Virus record (IMG/VR): IMGVR_UViG_3300026519_000004
Span: 1-45,513 of that record
Direction: 5' to 3' (one strand)
From: a virus
Length of the DNA: 45,513 nt
This document shows, piece after piece, positions 15,807 to 26,000 of this stretch (positions are counted from its first letter, which is position 1; every line of letters begins with the position of its first letter). The notes under the pieces are model-generated. The model worked only from the letters and a program-made list of their open reading frames with translations, had not been told where the DNA came from and made no database searches. Made by a program: the position numbers and the translations under genes.

Positions 15807-16483
15807 CGCTGATTGTACATCAGGCGTGGTTCAACGAGGTACCACCACTTATTGCTGACTGTATGTCATCTTGGGACAAGTGGCCCGGCCTTGAAATGCG
15901 CCGGTATGGCGTTCAGGATGCGGTTGACATTCTTGGCATAGATGTTGTGGACCATTGCTTTACAATAAGGCTTGGGCCAAGAGCAGCGGCAGCATCATGG
16001 AGAAATAGGTACAGGCTCCTGTCTGATCTTTTCCGGTACAAACTCTTGGCCAGTGTCGGTGGCTTGTGGGCTGACTGTGATACAACAGCCATAAAAGACC
16101 CGCTCGCGCTTGGACTACAGAATGATGCTGGGCTCGTCCTGTTCAACCCGAAATCACACCATGGGAAAGGGTTGAAGACAGTGTGCAATGGGCTTATGTA
16201 CTCTGGACTCGGGCAGGAACCGAGGGTTATTGATAAAATATACGAAAAAGCCATGAGCAGGGCCATGGAGGCTGAGTGCGTCCCAAGGACCGTTGGGTGG
16301 CTTACAGGGCCGCATATGCTTATTGATAACTTTGCAAGGCTCGCATCAAGGATCATCAACCACCCATATGTATCAAAACCAGATGCAAGTTCCACGCCAG
16401 AAACCATATTGCATATACGGTACGGGCGGCACGATGACGCGAAAGAGGTAACTGGTCCGATTGGATGGGGTCCAAAAACATGA
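15803..16483 (+). CDS. GT32-type glycosyltransferase (DXD sugar-binding region, Gly_transf_sug-like)
   Basis: 'IVHQAWFNEVPP...SW' plus 'SDLFRYKLLASVGGLWADCD' match the recalled PF04488 pattern (IHQ.W...P; SD..RY..L...GG.Y.D.D). GC is lower than in the neighbours. Confidence 0.6.
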   Translation: MTLIVHQAWFNEVPPLIADCMSSWDKWPGLEMRRYGVQDAVDILGIDVVDHCFTIRLGPRAAAASWRNRYRLLSDLFRYKLLASVGGLWADCDTTAIKDPLALGLQNDAGLVLFNPKSHHGKGLKTVCNGLMYSGLGQEPRVIDKIYEKAMSRAMEAECVPRTVGWLTGPHMLIDNFARLASRIINHPYVSKPDASSTPETILHIRYGRHDDAKEVTGPIGWGPKT

Positions 16484-17121
16484 ATAAACTCGCCGTCATC
16501 TATGGGCTCCCAAGGGGGGGAACAAGTCTCGTCGCAGGCATCCTCCACCATGCCGGTTTCGACATGGGCGACATCCGGGGCCGCGTCAAGTCATACCCGA
16601 ACGGAGAGTCGTATCCGACCTACGAGGATCGCGGGTATCTCCCGCACATACACCAGCACACCAAGAACAAGAAGGTCAAGGAACTTGTACTAGAGGACGC
16701 GGTTGCGCTCCGGCGGTATGTCAACAGGCGACTGATCCGTGCGAATGGTCGTCCGGCTGGTGTGAAGATGCCGGGGATGCACCTGTGGAGCGCCGTTCCG
16801 GATTGGGTGAACATGCCGGTCGTGACCATCCGGGTTGTGCGACCGCTCGCCGATTCGGTCGCTTCGAGCGTGAGAAAGAACCCGGGGACACTAGCGGCGC
16901 AGTGGGAGTCCAATGGCCTTTCCATGCTCGATTCGATGGACAAGTTCGAGAAGCAGCGACCACCACTTGTGACCATTGACTTCTATGGTTTCCTCGACGG
17001 GATGAGAATGGAGCCAGATGGCACGATCTGCTCGTTGCTGAAACGACTTGAGCCAGAGACGGGCGTGCCGCTCGGCGGGTGGAACATCAAGGCGGCCAAA
17101 GAAAGCGTGGTGTTACGATGA
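16480..17121 (+). CDS. Sulfotransferase-family protein
   Basis: 5'-PSB-like loop 'IYGLPRGGTSLVAGIL' and 3'-PB-like 'VRPLADSVASS' (R-x3-D-x3-S). ATGA overlap. Confidence 0.55.
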   Translation: MNKLAVIYGLPRGGTSLVAGILHHAGFDMGDIRGRVKSYPNGESYPTYEDRGYLPHIHQHTKNKKVKELVLEDAVALRRYVNRRLIRANGRPAGVKMPGMHLWSAVPDWVNMPVVTIRVVRPLADSVASSVRKNPGTLAAQWESNGLSMLDSMDKFEKQRPPLVTIDFYGFLDGMRMEPDGTICSLLKRLEPETGVPLGGWNIKAAKESVVLR

Positions 17122-17669
17122 ATCTCCCACCCCGAAGCAAGAAACAAGACCACCTCTGGAGAACACAAGGGCTCGATCCGTACGCCACACACATGCCCGT
17201 GCTTGCCCATGCCTTCTCGAATGGTCGCCGTGACGACGGTGCGGCGATCTTTGAGTTTGGTTGTGGCTTCTATTCAACGCCGATGCTTGCTGGGTTGGCG
17301 AAGGCTCGCGGCATCCCGTTTTATTGCTATGAGTCAAACCCAGAGTGGGCTAATGCAGTCACGCGGGCCTGCCCGGCGGACATCGCACTTGTGATTGACC
17401 GGACGATGGAACTCGGCAAAGCCCGCGTGGGCATGGATGAGATTAGATCAATGGGTATCGACATCGAGGTGTTTATTGATAACGGGCCGACAATGGGGCA
17501 CCGAAAAAGACCGCTCGATCTCGCGGTTGAGTTTGGAGCGAAGTTGATTGTCGCTCACGACTCCAACAATCTTGCACGGCCATGGATCAGTGGTGCTATG
17601 GCCGTATTGGGAGCGCCAAAGGTGTACAGTGAACTCACCCCGGCGACCGCCGTGTGGGACTTCCGATGA
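17118..17669 (+). CDS. Class I SAM-dependent methyltransferase-like protein
   Basis: Motif I-like 'IFEFGCGFYSTPML', 'VFIDNGP' and 'KLIVAHD' resemble the O-methyltransferase family 3 layout. ATGA overlap. Confidence 0.45.
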   Translation: MNLPPRSKKQDHLWRTQGLDPYATHMPVLAHAFSNGRRDDGAAIFEFGCGFYSTPMLAGLAKARGIPFYCYESNPEWANAVTRACPADIALVIDRTMELGKARVGMDEIRSMGIDIEVFIDNGPTMGHRKRPLDLAVEFGAKLIVAHDSNNLARPWISGAMAVLGAPKVYSELTPATAVWDFR

Positions 17670-17923
17670 TCTGGAACACTCTCTTTGTTGGCGGGCCGGC
17701 TGATGGCAAGACCGAGGAGGATGTCAAACAGTTGCACCGCCAGCGGACCGTTGTGTGCTGTGACGACACGGGCAAGGTCGTGAGCGCCCTGTATGTGCTC
17801 GAAGACGACGACAGGCGACCGAAGATCGTCGGCCCGGACACCATCGACGACCCTGAGAACGGCGTACCATTCGAGAGCGAGCACCGGTACTTATTCGTCG
17901 GGATCGAAAGGAAGACGACATGA
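17666..17923 (+). CDS. Hypothetical protein (85 aa)
   Basis: ATGA overlaps at both ends. Confidence 0.45.
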   Translation: MIWNTLFVGGPADGKTEEDVKQLHRQRTVVCCDDTGKVVSALYVLEDDDRRPKIVGPDTIDDPENGVPFESEHRYLFVGIERKTT

Positions 17924-18159
17924 TCGACCTCCAATCAGCGATGAAACCATATGGGCGTATCGACCTGTTCACAGACGACCCGTCGAGCGGGCTTATGGAT
18001 GACGAGTTGAAGGCCGAGTTGGAATCTCGCAGAGCCGGCGTCATCAGACGATACCGAGAACTTGGCTATGTCGCCGAGGTTTCAATCTTCGGTTTTGAGC
18101 AGCCCACAACAAGGGTGCGTGAGTATTTCGCCGTTGTTCAACTGGTTGCAGAGGTATAA
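17920..18159 (+). CDS. Hypothetical protein (79 aa)
   Basis: ATGA overlap with the upstream ORF. Confidence 0.45.
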   Translation: MIDLQSAMKPYGRIDLFTDDPSSGLMDDELKAELESRRAGVIRRYRELGYVAEVSIFGFEQPTTRVREYFAVVQLVAEV

Positions 18160-18172
18160 TAGTGGTGGTCTG

Positions 18173-18487
18173 ATGCCTGAATACCCATTCAACGATGTTG
18201 AGACAGGTGAGAGTGTCACGATCTTCATGCCGATGGCCGACGCGGTTTCAATCGGCGATGAGATCACGCACAAGGGCCGGCGTCTTGTCCGGGTGATGTC
18301 AGATGCCGTGCTGGGTTCTCGTGGTTTCAAGCCACATCTGAGCCTCCAACTGCCGTTGAATGATAAACTGGCCCCCCGCTGTAACGAGCACGGGGAGGTG
18401 GTGTTCCACAACCAGAAAGAGATCAATGAGTATGTTGATCGAAACAACGACACTCCCGGGCGTGGTAAACTGACTTGGGACGAATGA
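18173..18487 (+). CDS. Hypothetical protein (104 aa)
   Basis: Internal ATG 18173 of track ORF 18062..18487. The upstream part of that ORF would overlap the previous gene. Confidence 0.45.
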   Translation: MPEYPFNDVETGESVTIFMPMADAVSIGDEITHKGRRLVRVMSDAVLGSRGFKPHLSLQLPLNDKLAPRCNEHGEVVFHNQKEINEYVDRNNDTPGRGKLTWDE

Positions 18488-18500
18488 AAAGGAGATAGGC

Positions 18501-19475
<975 letters not shown>

Positions 19476-19614
19476 TCGCCTGACTTGCCAACAGGCCACT
19501 GGGGCGGTAGTATGCCCCGTATCCGTCCCGCCCGTGGAGCCTGCCAGCGTCCGGGCGTATTGACCGCAAGAGGCACCATCACACCGGCAAGAGGCCATAA
19601 CGGGAGTACCCGCC

Positions 19615-20802
19615 ATGGCCACCGCAGAAATCTTTGCCACATTGATGGAGTCCACCCCCTTCACCTATGTCAGTTCCCCCATGGACATCGTCAACGATGC
19701 CATCCGGCGGAACCAGTTGATGCCGCGATTCCTTCGGGGGCGAGGAAAGTCTGAGATTGTCCACACCGGCCCGAAGGTCAAGGACCGGATGTTGCTCGAT
19801 GTCACAAGCAACTTCCGCTCGTACGGGCCGCATGATGTCCACAACTACTCAAATCCCCAGACGGGCGATGAGTGGGAGAATGGATGGGCCCGTTATACCG
19901 AGGAGATGGTGTGGGAGGAAGGTGAAATCCTCCACAACTTTGTGCCCGGGCTGAGCCGCGATGCGGTCAAGACGGTGCTCAAGGATGTCAAGAACCAGAA
20001 GGAGCAGCGCCTTATCACCTCGATCGTCGAGGGCCTTGATGACCTGCTTTGGGCCCAGCCTAATGTCGCGACGATGGAGAATCCGGCGAAGGGTCAGACC
20101 GCTGATGCCATGAGCATCCCGGCGCTCATCAACGAGTTCACTAATGGCCTGTACCCGGCAATCTCCGGCGTGACCGCCGCGTGGACGACCAAGCAGAACA
20201 TTGACCCGACGACCAAGCCGGCGTGGGACAATCAGCGCATCTCGTACAACCCAAACACGCTGGCCAGTTCGACACTTGGCCTTTTTGCGTCGTTCCGCAA
20301 GATGCGCCGCCGCCTGCGCTTCAAGCCCCCGACGATCGGACAGGAGCACTTTGAGGCCGACAATTACACGCGGATGTTTCTCGCGTGCTCGGAAGACGGA
20401 GTAACTCAGTACGAGAATATGTTGCAGGAGGTTGGTGACAAACTTCGTGGCAATGTGATGAATCCGCGAGACTCCTCGTATGGTGAGGTGACCTTCCACG
20501 GTCACATGCTGGAGGAAGTCGAGGCCCTGCGCGATGCCGAGTTGTATCTCAACGCGGCTGGCAATGGCCTTGTTGGTGAGTCAGCGGCGACCGTCGCTAA
20601 TGCCGGTCCCCGGTATTACTGGCTCAATACCTATTATTTGATGCTGTTGATGCACAAGGACAAGTGGCTTGAGAAGCGCAAGCCGAAAGAGCCGGACCGC
20701 CAGATCGAAGTGTGGGTCCAGCCGGTCGTCATGTGGTTGCAGATTTGTGCATCCTCACTCCGCCGGCAGGGCATCGTATATCCAGTCGTCGCGTCCGCGT
20801 GA
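19615..20802 (+). CDS. Major capsid protein (putative)
   Basis: 395 aa. GGGAG RBS 8 nt upstream. Positioned between the scaffold-like and decoration-like genes. Preceded by a 139-nt leader. Confidence 0.55.
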   Translation: MATAEIFATLMESTPFTYVSSPMDIVNDAIRRNQLMPRFLRGRGKSEIVHTGPKVKDRMLLDVTSNFRSYGPHDVHNYSNPQTGDEWENGWARYTEEMVWEEGEILHNFVPGLSRDAVKTVLKDVKNQKEQRLITSIVEGLDDLLWAQPNVATMENPAKGQTADAMSIPALINEFTNGLYPAISGVTAAWTTKQNIDPTTKPAWDNQRISYNPNTLASSTLGLFASFRKMRRRLRFKPPTIGQEHFEADNYTRMFLACSEDGVTQYENMLQEVGDKLRGNVMNPRDSSYGEVTFHGHMLEEVEALRDAELYLNAAGNGLVGESAATVANAGPRYYWLNTYYLMLLMHKDKWLEKRKPKEPDRQIEVWVQPVVMWLQICASSLRRQGIVYPVVASA

Positions 20803-20841
20803 TTCACTGAACCGGGAGAGCATTTCCCACAGGAGACTGTC

Positions 20842-21372
20842 ATGTTTAGAACCCCTATTCGTGGACCGATCGGCTTCAAGCCCGTACCAGACACCGCGCC
20901 GTGCAAGAATCTGACCGGGTCCGCCGTTGTTGTTGGCCAACTGGTCGCCCTTGATATCGCTGGCGTTGAGGCGGAAGTAGCCAACTCCGGCGAGGGTGGG
21001 CTTGCGTTCGTGACCCCTGAGAGTTCAACCTCTCGTGGCTCTCGATATGGTGCCGCTGTTGACTCTGGATCTGCGGCTTCGTGGGCACCACGATATGGCA
21101 TCTTCGGCATCGCCCTTGAGGCGGCGGCTGATAATGCTGAGTTCGAGGTCTTGATAGCCGGCGAAGTCGATGCGCTCGTGTCGAAGGGAACGGGTAATGT
21201 CGCCGAAGGTGATCCACTGGTTGCCGGTTCGTCCAATGGCGAACTCGACGCCGACACCTCGACGGGTATGAAGATTCTGGGCATTGCGATTGAGGCGTTG
21301 ACCGGGCCATCTACAGCAGCCCTTGGCCGCGTATTGTTCAACGGATGGAGTGGCTTCGGGTCGTCAGCATAA
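20842..21372 (+). CDS. Capsid decoration/cement protein candidate (DUF2190-like)
   Basis: 'GIALEAAADNAEFEVLIAGEVDALV...GDPLVAGSSNGELD...KILGIAIEAL...GRVLFNG' resembles the recalled DUF2190 pattern. AGGAG RBS. Confidence 0.45.
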   Translation: MFRTPIRGPIGFKPVPDTAPCKNLTGSAVVVGQLVALDIAGVEAEVANSGEGGLAFVTPESSTSRGSRYGAAVDSGSAASWAPRYGIFGIALEAAADNAEFEVLIAGEVDALVSKGTGNVAEGDPLVAGSSNGELDADTSTGMKILGIAIEALTGPSTAALGRVLFNGWSGFGSSA

Positions 21373-21402
21373 ACACTGGCCTCCCCGCCATAGGAGGGCA
21401 GC

Positions 21403-22137
21403 GTGACAATCACAGCCGCACAGGCAGACACCTTTGTCGCCAAGGTTGGTGGCAGCGTGCCCGAGATGTTCGGGACTGACGCGATCATCAACATGGCTGG
21501 TCGCCAGATGGTCCAGTTGGCTCGCTGGAACTGGCTTCGTGGCCCCGAGGCGCTTGTCGATCTGGTCAAAGATCAGGATTTCATCACACTTCCAACCGAT
21601 TTCGGTCGGATGGCCGCAATCGAGGTGACCAGCGACTCGGGGTACACGACGACGCTCGTGGATATCGGCACAATCGCCGAATACCGGAACTCGAACTACA
21701 ACCAGTCTTCGGGCTACGCCCTCGCCATGACCTACGGACCGGGGGCGAGCCCTGACTATGTGCCGAGCGTCCCGAGGCTCGAAATCTGGCCGACGCCCAG
21801 CGAAACCAAGGTTGGCGGTCTCAGACTGTTCTACTACCGCAAGTGGGTTGAGGTCTCTGGTGCCAATGGATCGTCGGTCGTCCTGAATATGCCGTCATTC
21901 ATGGAGATGGTGTTCTGGCGGTTGTTGCGCGAGATGACGCTCGCCTTCGAGGAGGACGACATGGCCTCGCTCGAACAGCGTGTAGACTCTATTGCAAACT
22001 CCGGCCTGGTAGCGATGGCCCGGCGTGAGGACATGATGCAGCCATTCCCGGTGCGAGGGGCCCCAGTCATCAATGGCGTGGGTATGCGTGCCCGGAGGGA
22101 CTTGTTTGTGTATCCTGATTCGGTCCCGGCACCGTAA
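21403..22137 (+). CDS. Head-to-tail adaptor / tail tubular A-like protein (assigned by position only)
   Basis: 244 aa. GTG start after AGGAGGG. Lies between the head genes and the nozzle-like gene, as in T7-type gene order. Confidence 0.3.
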   Translation: MTITAAQADTFVAKVGGSVPEMFGTDAIINMAGRQMVQLARWNWLRGPEALVDLVKDQDFITLPTDFGRMAAIEVTSDSGYTTTLVDIGTIAEYRNSNYNQSSGYALAMTYGPGASPDYVPSVPRLEIWPTPSETKVGGLRLFYYRKWVEVSGANGSSVVLNMPSFMEMVFWRLLREMTLAFEEDDMASLEQRVDSIANSGLVAMARREDMMQPFPVRGAPVINGVGMRARRDLFVYPDSVPAP

Positions 22138-22147
22138 CGGAGGCACA

Positions 22148-23023
22148 ATGGAATACAACTCGCTCATCTACATCGGCGAACTTTCGCACAAACCTTCTCT
22201 CGCGGTGGCCCAGCGGTACGCCTCGGTCTATGGGTTGCGGCTCCGCACGATCCCCCGCAATGAGTTCTTGTACAACTGTGATGGCCTGCTCAGGGACGCG
22301 GCGTTCGCCGTGATATGGAATGGCGAGCAGGGGAACACCGGAGCGTGCGCGGACTATTGCCGGGCTAAGCGGGTTCCCCATTGCTTCCTCGAACTCGGGC
22401 TCCTCCCCCAGCACAAGACCTACCTGATCGACAGACGCGGCTTCTGTGGCCGCTCGTCGCTGTGTGGCGACCTTGGGTGGGTCACGCCCACTGACATGGC
22501 CCAGATGCGCCGCGAGCGTGAGGCGCTGCTTAGACGCCACAGGCGAGCACCAGACGGATCGGTGCTCGTGCCGCTCCAAGTGCCCAACGACACACAAGTC
22601 TTCTACCACTGGTCTGGGCGGACCATGCAAGACCTTGTCCAGCAAGTCGAGTCGATGTATCCGGGCCGCGAAATCGTGTTTCGACCGCACCCAAAGATCA
22701 CAGACAACTCTCGCCTGATCCTCGGCCCACGATCCAGCCTCCGGGCCGAGGGTTTGTTTCTCGACCAAGCAGCCCGTGCTTCTGTGGTCGTCGGGGTCAC
22801 CTCGACCTGTCTGTACGAGGCTTCCCTGCTCGGCGTTCCGACAGTTGCTCTCGGTGACCACCCACTCCGGGCCCACCGGGACCACGAACGGGTGCTGGCG
22901 GGGCTCTTGGCCCACCGATTCGACTCCAATGGTTCCCCATGGAACATCATGGAGCGGTTCTCTGTCAGGCCACTGGGCGCTCTACCGCTTTCGGAAGGGG
23001 GAAATGTTGCCGAAGCCGGTTGA
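22148..23023 (+). CDS. Capsule_synth (KpsS/KpsC-like) glycosyltransferase candidate
   Basis: 'VLVPLQVPNDTQV', 'IVFRPHPK' and 'VVGVTSTCLYEASLLGVPTVALG' fit the recalled KpsS/KpsC beta-Kdo-transferase family pattern (LQV.DS...; K.HP; S..GfEAll.G.pV). ATG 22148 follows GGAGG. Confidence 0.55.
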   Translation: MEYNSLIYIGELSHKPSLAVAQRYASVYGLRLRTIPRNEFLYNCDGLLRDAAFAVIWNGEQGNTGACADYCRAKRVPHCFLELGLLPQHKTYLIDRRGFCGRSSLCGDLGWVTPTDMAQMRREREALLRRHRRAPDGSVLVPLQVPNDTQVFYHWSGRTMQDLVQQVESMYPGREIVFRPHPKITDNSRLILGPRSSLRAEGLFLDQAARASVVVGVTSTCLYEASLLGVPTVALGDHPLRAHRDHERVLAGLLAHRFDSNGSPWNIMERFSVRPLGALPLSEGGNVAEAG

Positions 23024-26000
23024 TATCCCGTTCCCATTCAAGGGCCTTGCCGAGACCTTCGCACTGGACAGGCAGGTTCCCAACACGAGCATGGCGCTGC
23101 GCAATGTCCGTGGCCGCGATCCCAAGACGACACGCATCCGGGGTGCTCAGCGATCTGGTATCACCCAGTATGTCAACGAGCAGGTGTTCCCGGACTTTGC
23201 TCAGGAACTTGTACAGGTCACGATCGACACAAACCTCACGACCTATACAGTCCGTGATACATCCTCTGGTCCATCGGTCGAATGGAAGAAAACAGTCAAT
23301 GGCAAGGACGCGGTCGCCGATATTGCTGTGACGCGCGGCGGGGATGTCTTCGCCGCGACGCCGCCGGACAAGTTGAGTAAATACACCTCGGAGGGATCAT
23401 GGCTGTTCACAGAGCAAGTGCCGACATCGAGCGAGGACGAATATATCAGTGCGGTTGTTGTGGATACACTGGACAATGTGTTTGTGGCCGTAAGGACCGG
23501 GGGGGCGACCCGGTACGGCGGGCGCGTGATTCGATACGAACAATCGGACGATGGTTTGGTCGAGACATGGAACCTCGACATGAACGATGCTCAGCCAGTG
23601 GACCTTGCATTGCAGGGAGACAGGCTTGTGGTCCTGACTCGAAAGTCAGGTGGCGGGGAGATCGTCGTCTACAACTCGCTGGGCGCATCGTCGCCCAATG
23701 TCTTGTGGGACCGGTCAGTCCCTTCCAAGGGCGTTGGGGTCGATCTGAATGACGACGGCGATGTCTTTGCAGTCTTCGACTCGGATGACACACGGGACGA
23801 TGTCACGCCCGGCGACTGCAACAACCCGTCTATCGCGTGGAACCCGAACGACCTGCCGACGAGCACGCTCTGGTCGTGGTATGACGCCCAGCAGATGACC
23901 GGAATAACCGACCGAGAAATCCTCGATGTCATACCGGATTGGTCTGGGAATCAAAGAGACTTGTACGCCGCACCAGCAGGGTACGCGCCTGTCATTGAGT
24001 TCCCGGGGTCATGGGGCGTGCGATTCGCCAAGAACTCATTTTGTATCTACGACGGGTTCCGATTTGAGGCCGAGCGCCGCGACGGCAAGGTAAGTGGCGT
24101 GGCCTCTGGCTTCGGCACGAACAGCGCGTTCCCGATCCATACGAATGAGCCGTTTGCGGTCGTCATGCTCATCAAGAGTCCGGGGTCTGGTGAGGGCGAG
24201 GCCAAGTTCTTTGAGACCGGTGGTAAGCCGTATACAACCATGTGGCAGTCGCAGAACGGACGCGGCTTGTCGCTCGGGTTCTCTGACCCAGGACCATCCG
24301 ACACCGACAGCACCGACCCGAATCAGACGCGGCAGGGCAATATCCTCAACGCCGGCAACGGGCGGCTTCGCGCCCCAGATGTCTGTGTTGTCTCGTTCGG
24401 ATACTCCCCAACCTCACATGATGATGGTGTCGCTGGTTACTCGTTTTTGCGTGTCAACGGCGAGACCATCGACGCCTTTACCGTTGATGATGTCCGTGTT
24501 GATACCGGTGTTCAGTTTGGTTATTCGGTGTACGCCGGGGAGGCGACAAACTGGGGGCACTTTAAGGGCGACCTGATCGAGATGGTGGTCATTAGTGGTG
24601 CGTATGACCTGCCGACGCTCGCCTCACCGTTCGGGGCTGCCGGGCCGGACGCCGAGCCCTCGCCGATCACGCCGCCAAGGTATATCTGGCCTGCAAATGG
24701 GGCGAGTCCGAACGGGAACCCTGCCGAGTACACGGATGGCACAGAATACATCACCAAGTTGGAGGGTTATCTCGCGCATCGGTATGGACAACAGGACAAA
24801 CTGGCGACCGGGCACGCATACCGGGCGGCCCCCCCGGGGCATGGGGCGAGTGGCGCGAGCCCGAACTCGACCGATGACACCTCTGAGGCCCGAAAACTCG
24901 ACTCGACCAGTGAGATTCTTGCCAAGTTCGGGTCCGGCTCTGGCTCCCTCCGTTGGGCGCGGGTTGGGAACGGCTATGGCTATGGCGTGCGCGTCCGAGA
25001 CGAGTGGGTGTACACGATTGGTCGAGGGTTCTTGGTGGCCAGCCCCGACAACTCGATCACGCTGCGCCGAATCAAAGACGAGGGGTTCACCGCCGACGAC
25101 TCTGGTGCTGGAACCTATGAACTCGCCGAGCAGCAGCCCAAGTTGTCAAACGACTCGAAGGATGACATCCTGCCAATCCGGCTCGATGTAGATTCTGACC
25201 ACAACCTGTATGTGCCCGTCAAGTCCGGGGCTCCGGGCGGAGACGACTTCTCGATCAGAAAGATCACCAGTGCGGGGACGACCGAGTGGGAGTTCAAGTG
25301 CCCGATCACAGGCGCGTCTCCCAATGTCTCATATATGTGGGGGCGTGTGTGTTCGCTCGACACGATCAGCGACATCCCTGAGCGCGAATCCATTGGAGAG
25401 CCCGAGTTTGTATACCTCGGTATCGACCATGACACCCCGGGCAACGAAGAGCCAACACTGTTCAAGTTGCGGCTCGTCGATGCGAGTGTCCGCCTTGGGG
25501 CACCAAGAGAGAAGCGGATCATTGGTCTTGGGGGGGGAGTGTTCAAGAAGATTGTTCGCGGAGCCGCAACCGAGGTAACGGCGATCACAAACAATGGCGC
25601 TACGCCGAGTGCTATTGCCCGGGTTGCCCGTGGTGCGGTGCTCAACGAAAATGCGTTCTTTGTCGATGGGCGCGATCAGTGGTACTACGACCCGGACACT
25701 GACACGATGGAGGCGTGGTCGGCAACGAGTGGTGGAACGCTTCCGAAGCGACCAAGACTTATAGAGGCGTGGCGTGGCCGGCTCGTGCTTGCAAGAACCG
25801 AGGGCAAGGGCGGCAATATCTATATGAGCAAGGTCGGAGACCCGTTCGATTGGGACTTATATCCGCCGGTCATCAGTGCCGTGCAAGCCGTGAGTCTCGA
25901 AGTGGCCTCTGCCGGTCAGGTACCCGACATCGTCAACGGCCTCATCCCGTACAACGACGACCTGCTCATCATCCTGTGTGACCACTCGATCTATCGCCTG

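Noticed and set aside
15489-15858. Alternative ORFs in the 15.4-15.8 kb region (minus-strand 15489..15737 and + strand 15595..15858)
   Set aside because: Both lack RBS or coupling signals and overlap neighbouring genes. The 15411..15806 frame is preferred only because of its GGAGA-TTG start and its ATGA junction, and it remains low confidence.
19566-19595. Two copies of GCAAGAGGC 21 nt apart in the leader of the major capsid gene
   Set aside because: This is a short 9-mer repeated only twice, and both copies resemble SD-like purine runs. That is not enough to call a regulatory element. The 139-nt leader may still be worth folding computationally.
22776-23003. Upstream extension of the nozzle-like ORF to the ATG at 22776 (1399 aa)
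   Set aside because: It would overlap the KpsS/KpsC-like gene by 248 nt in another frame. The extension has off-frame-like composition. ATG 23004 has a GGAAGGGGG RBS and a plausible structural-protein N-terminus.
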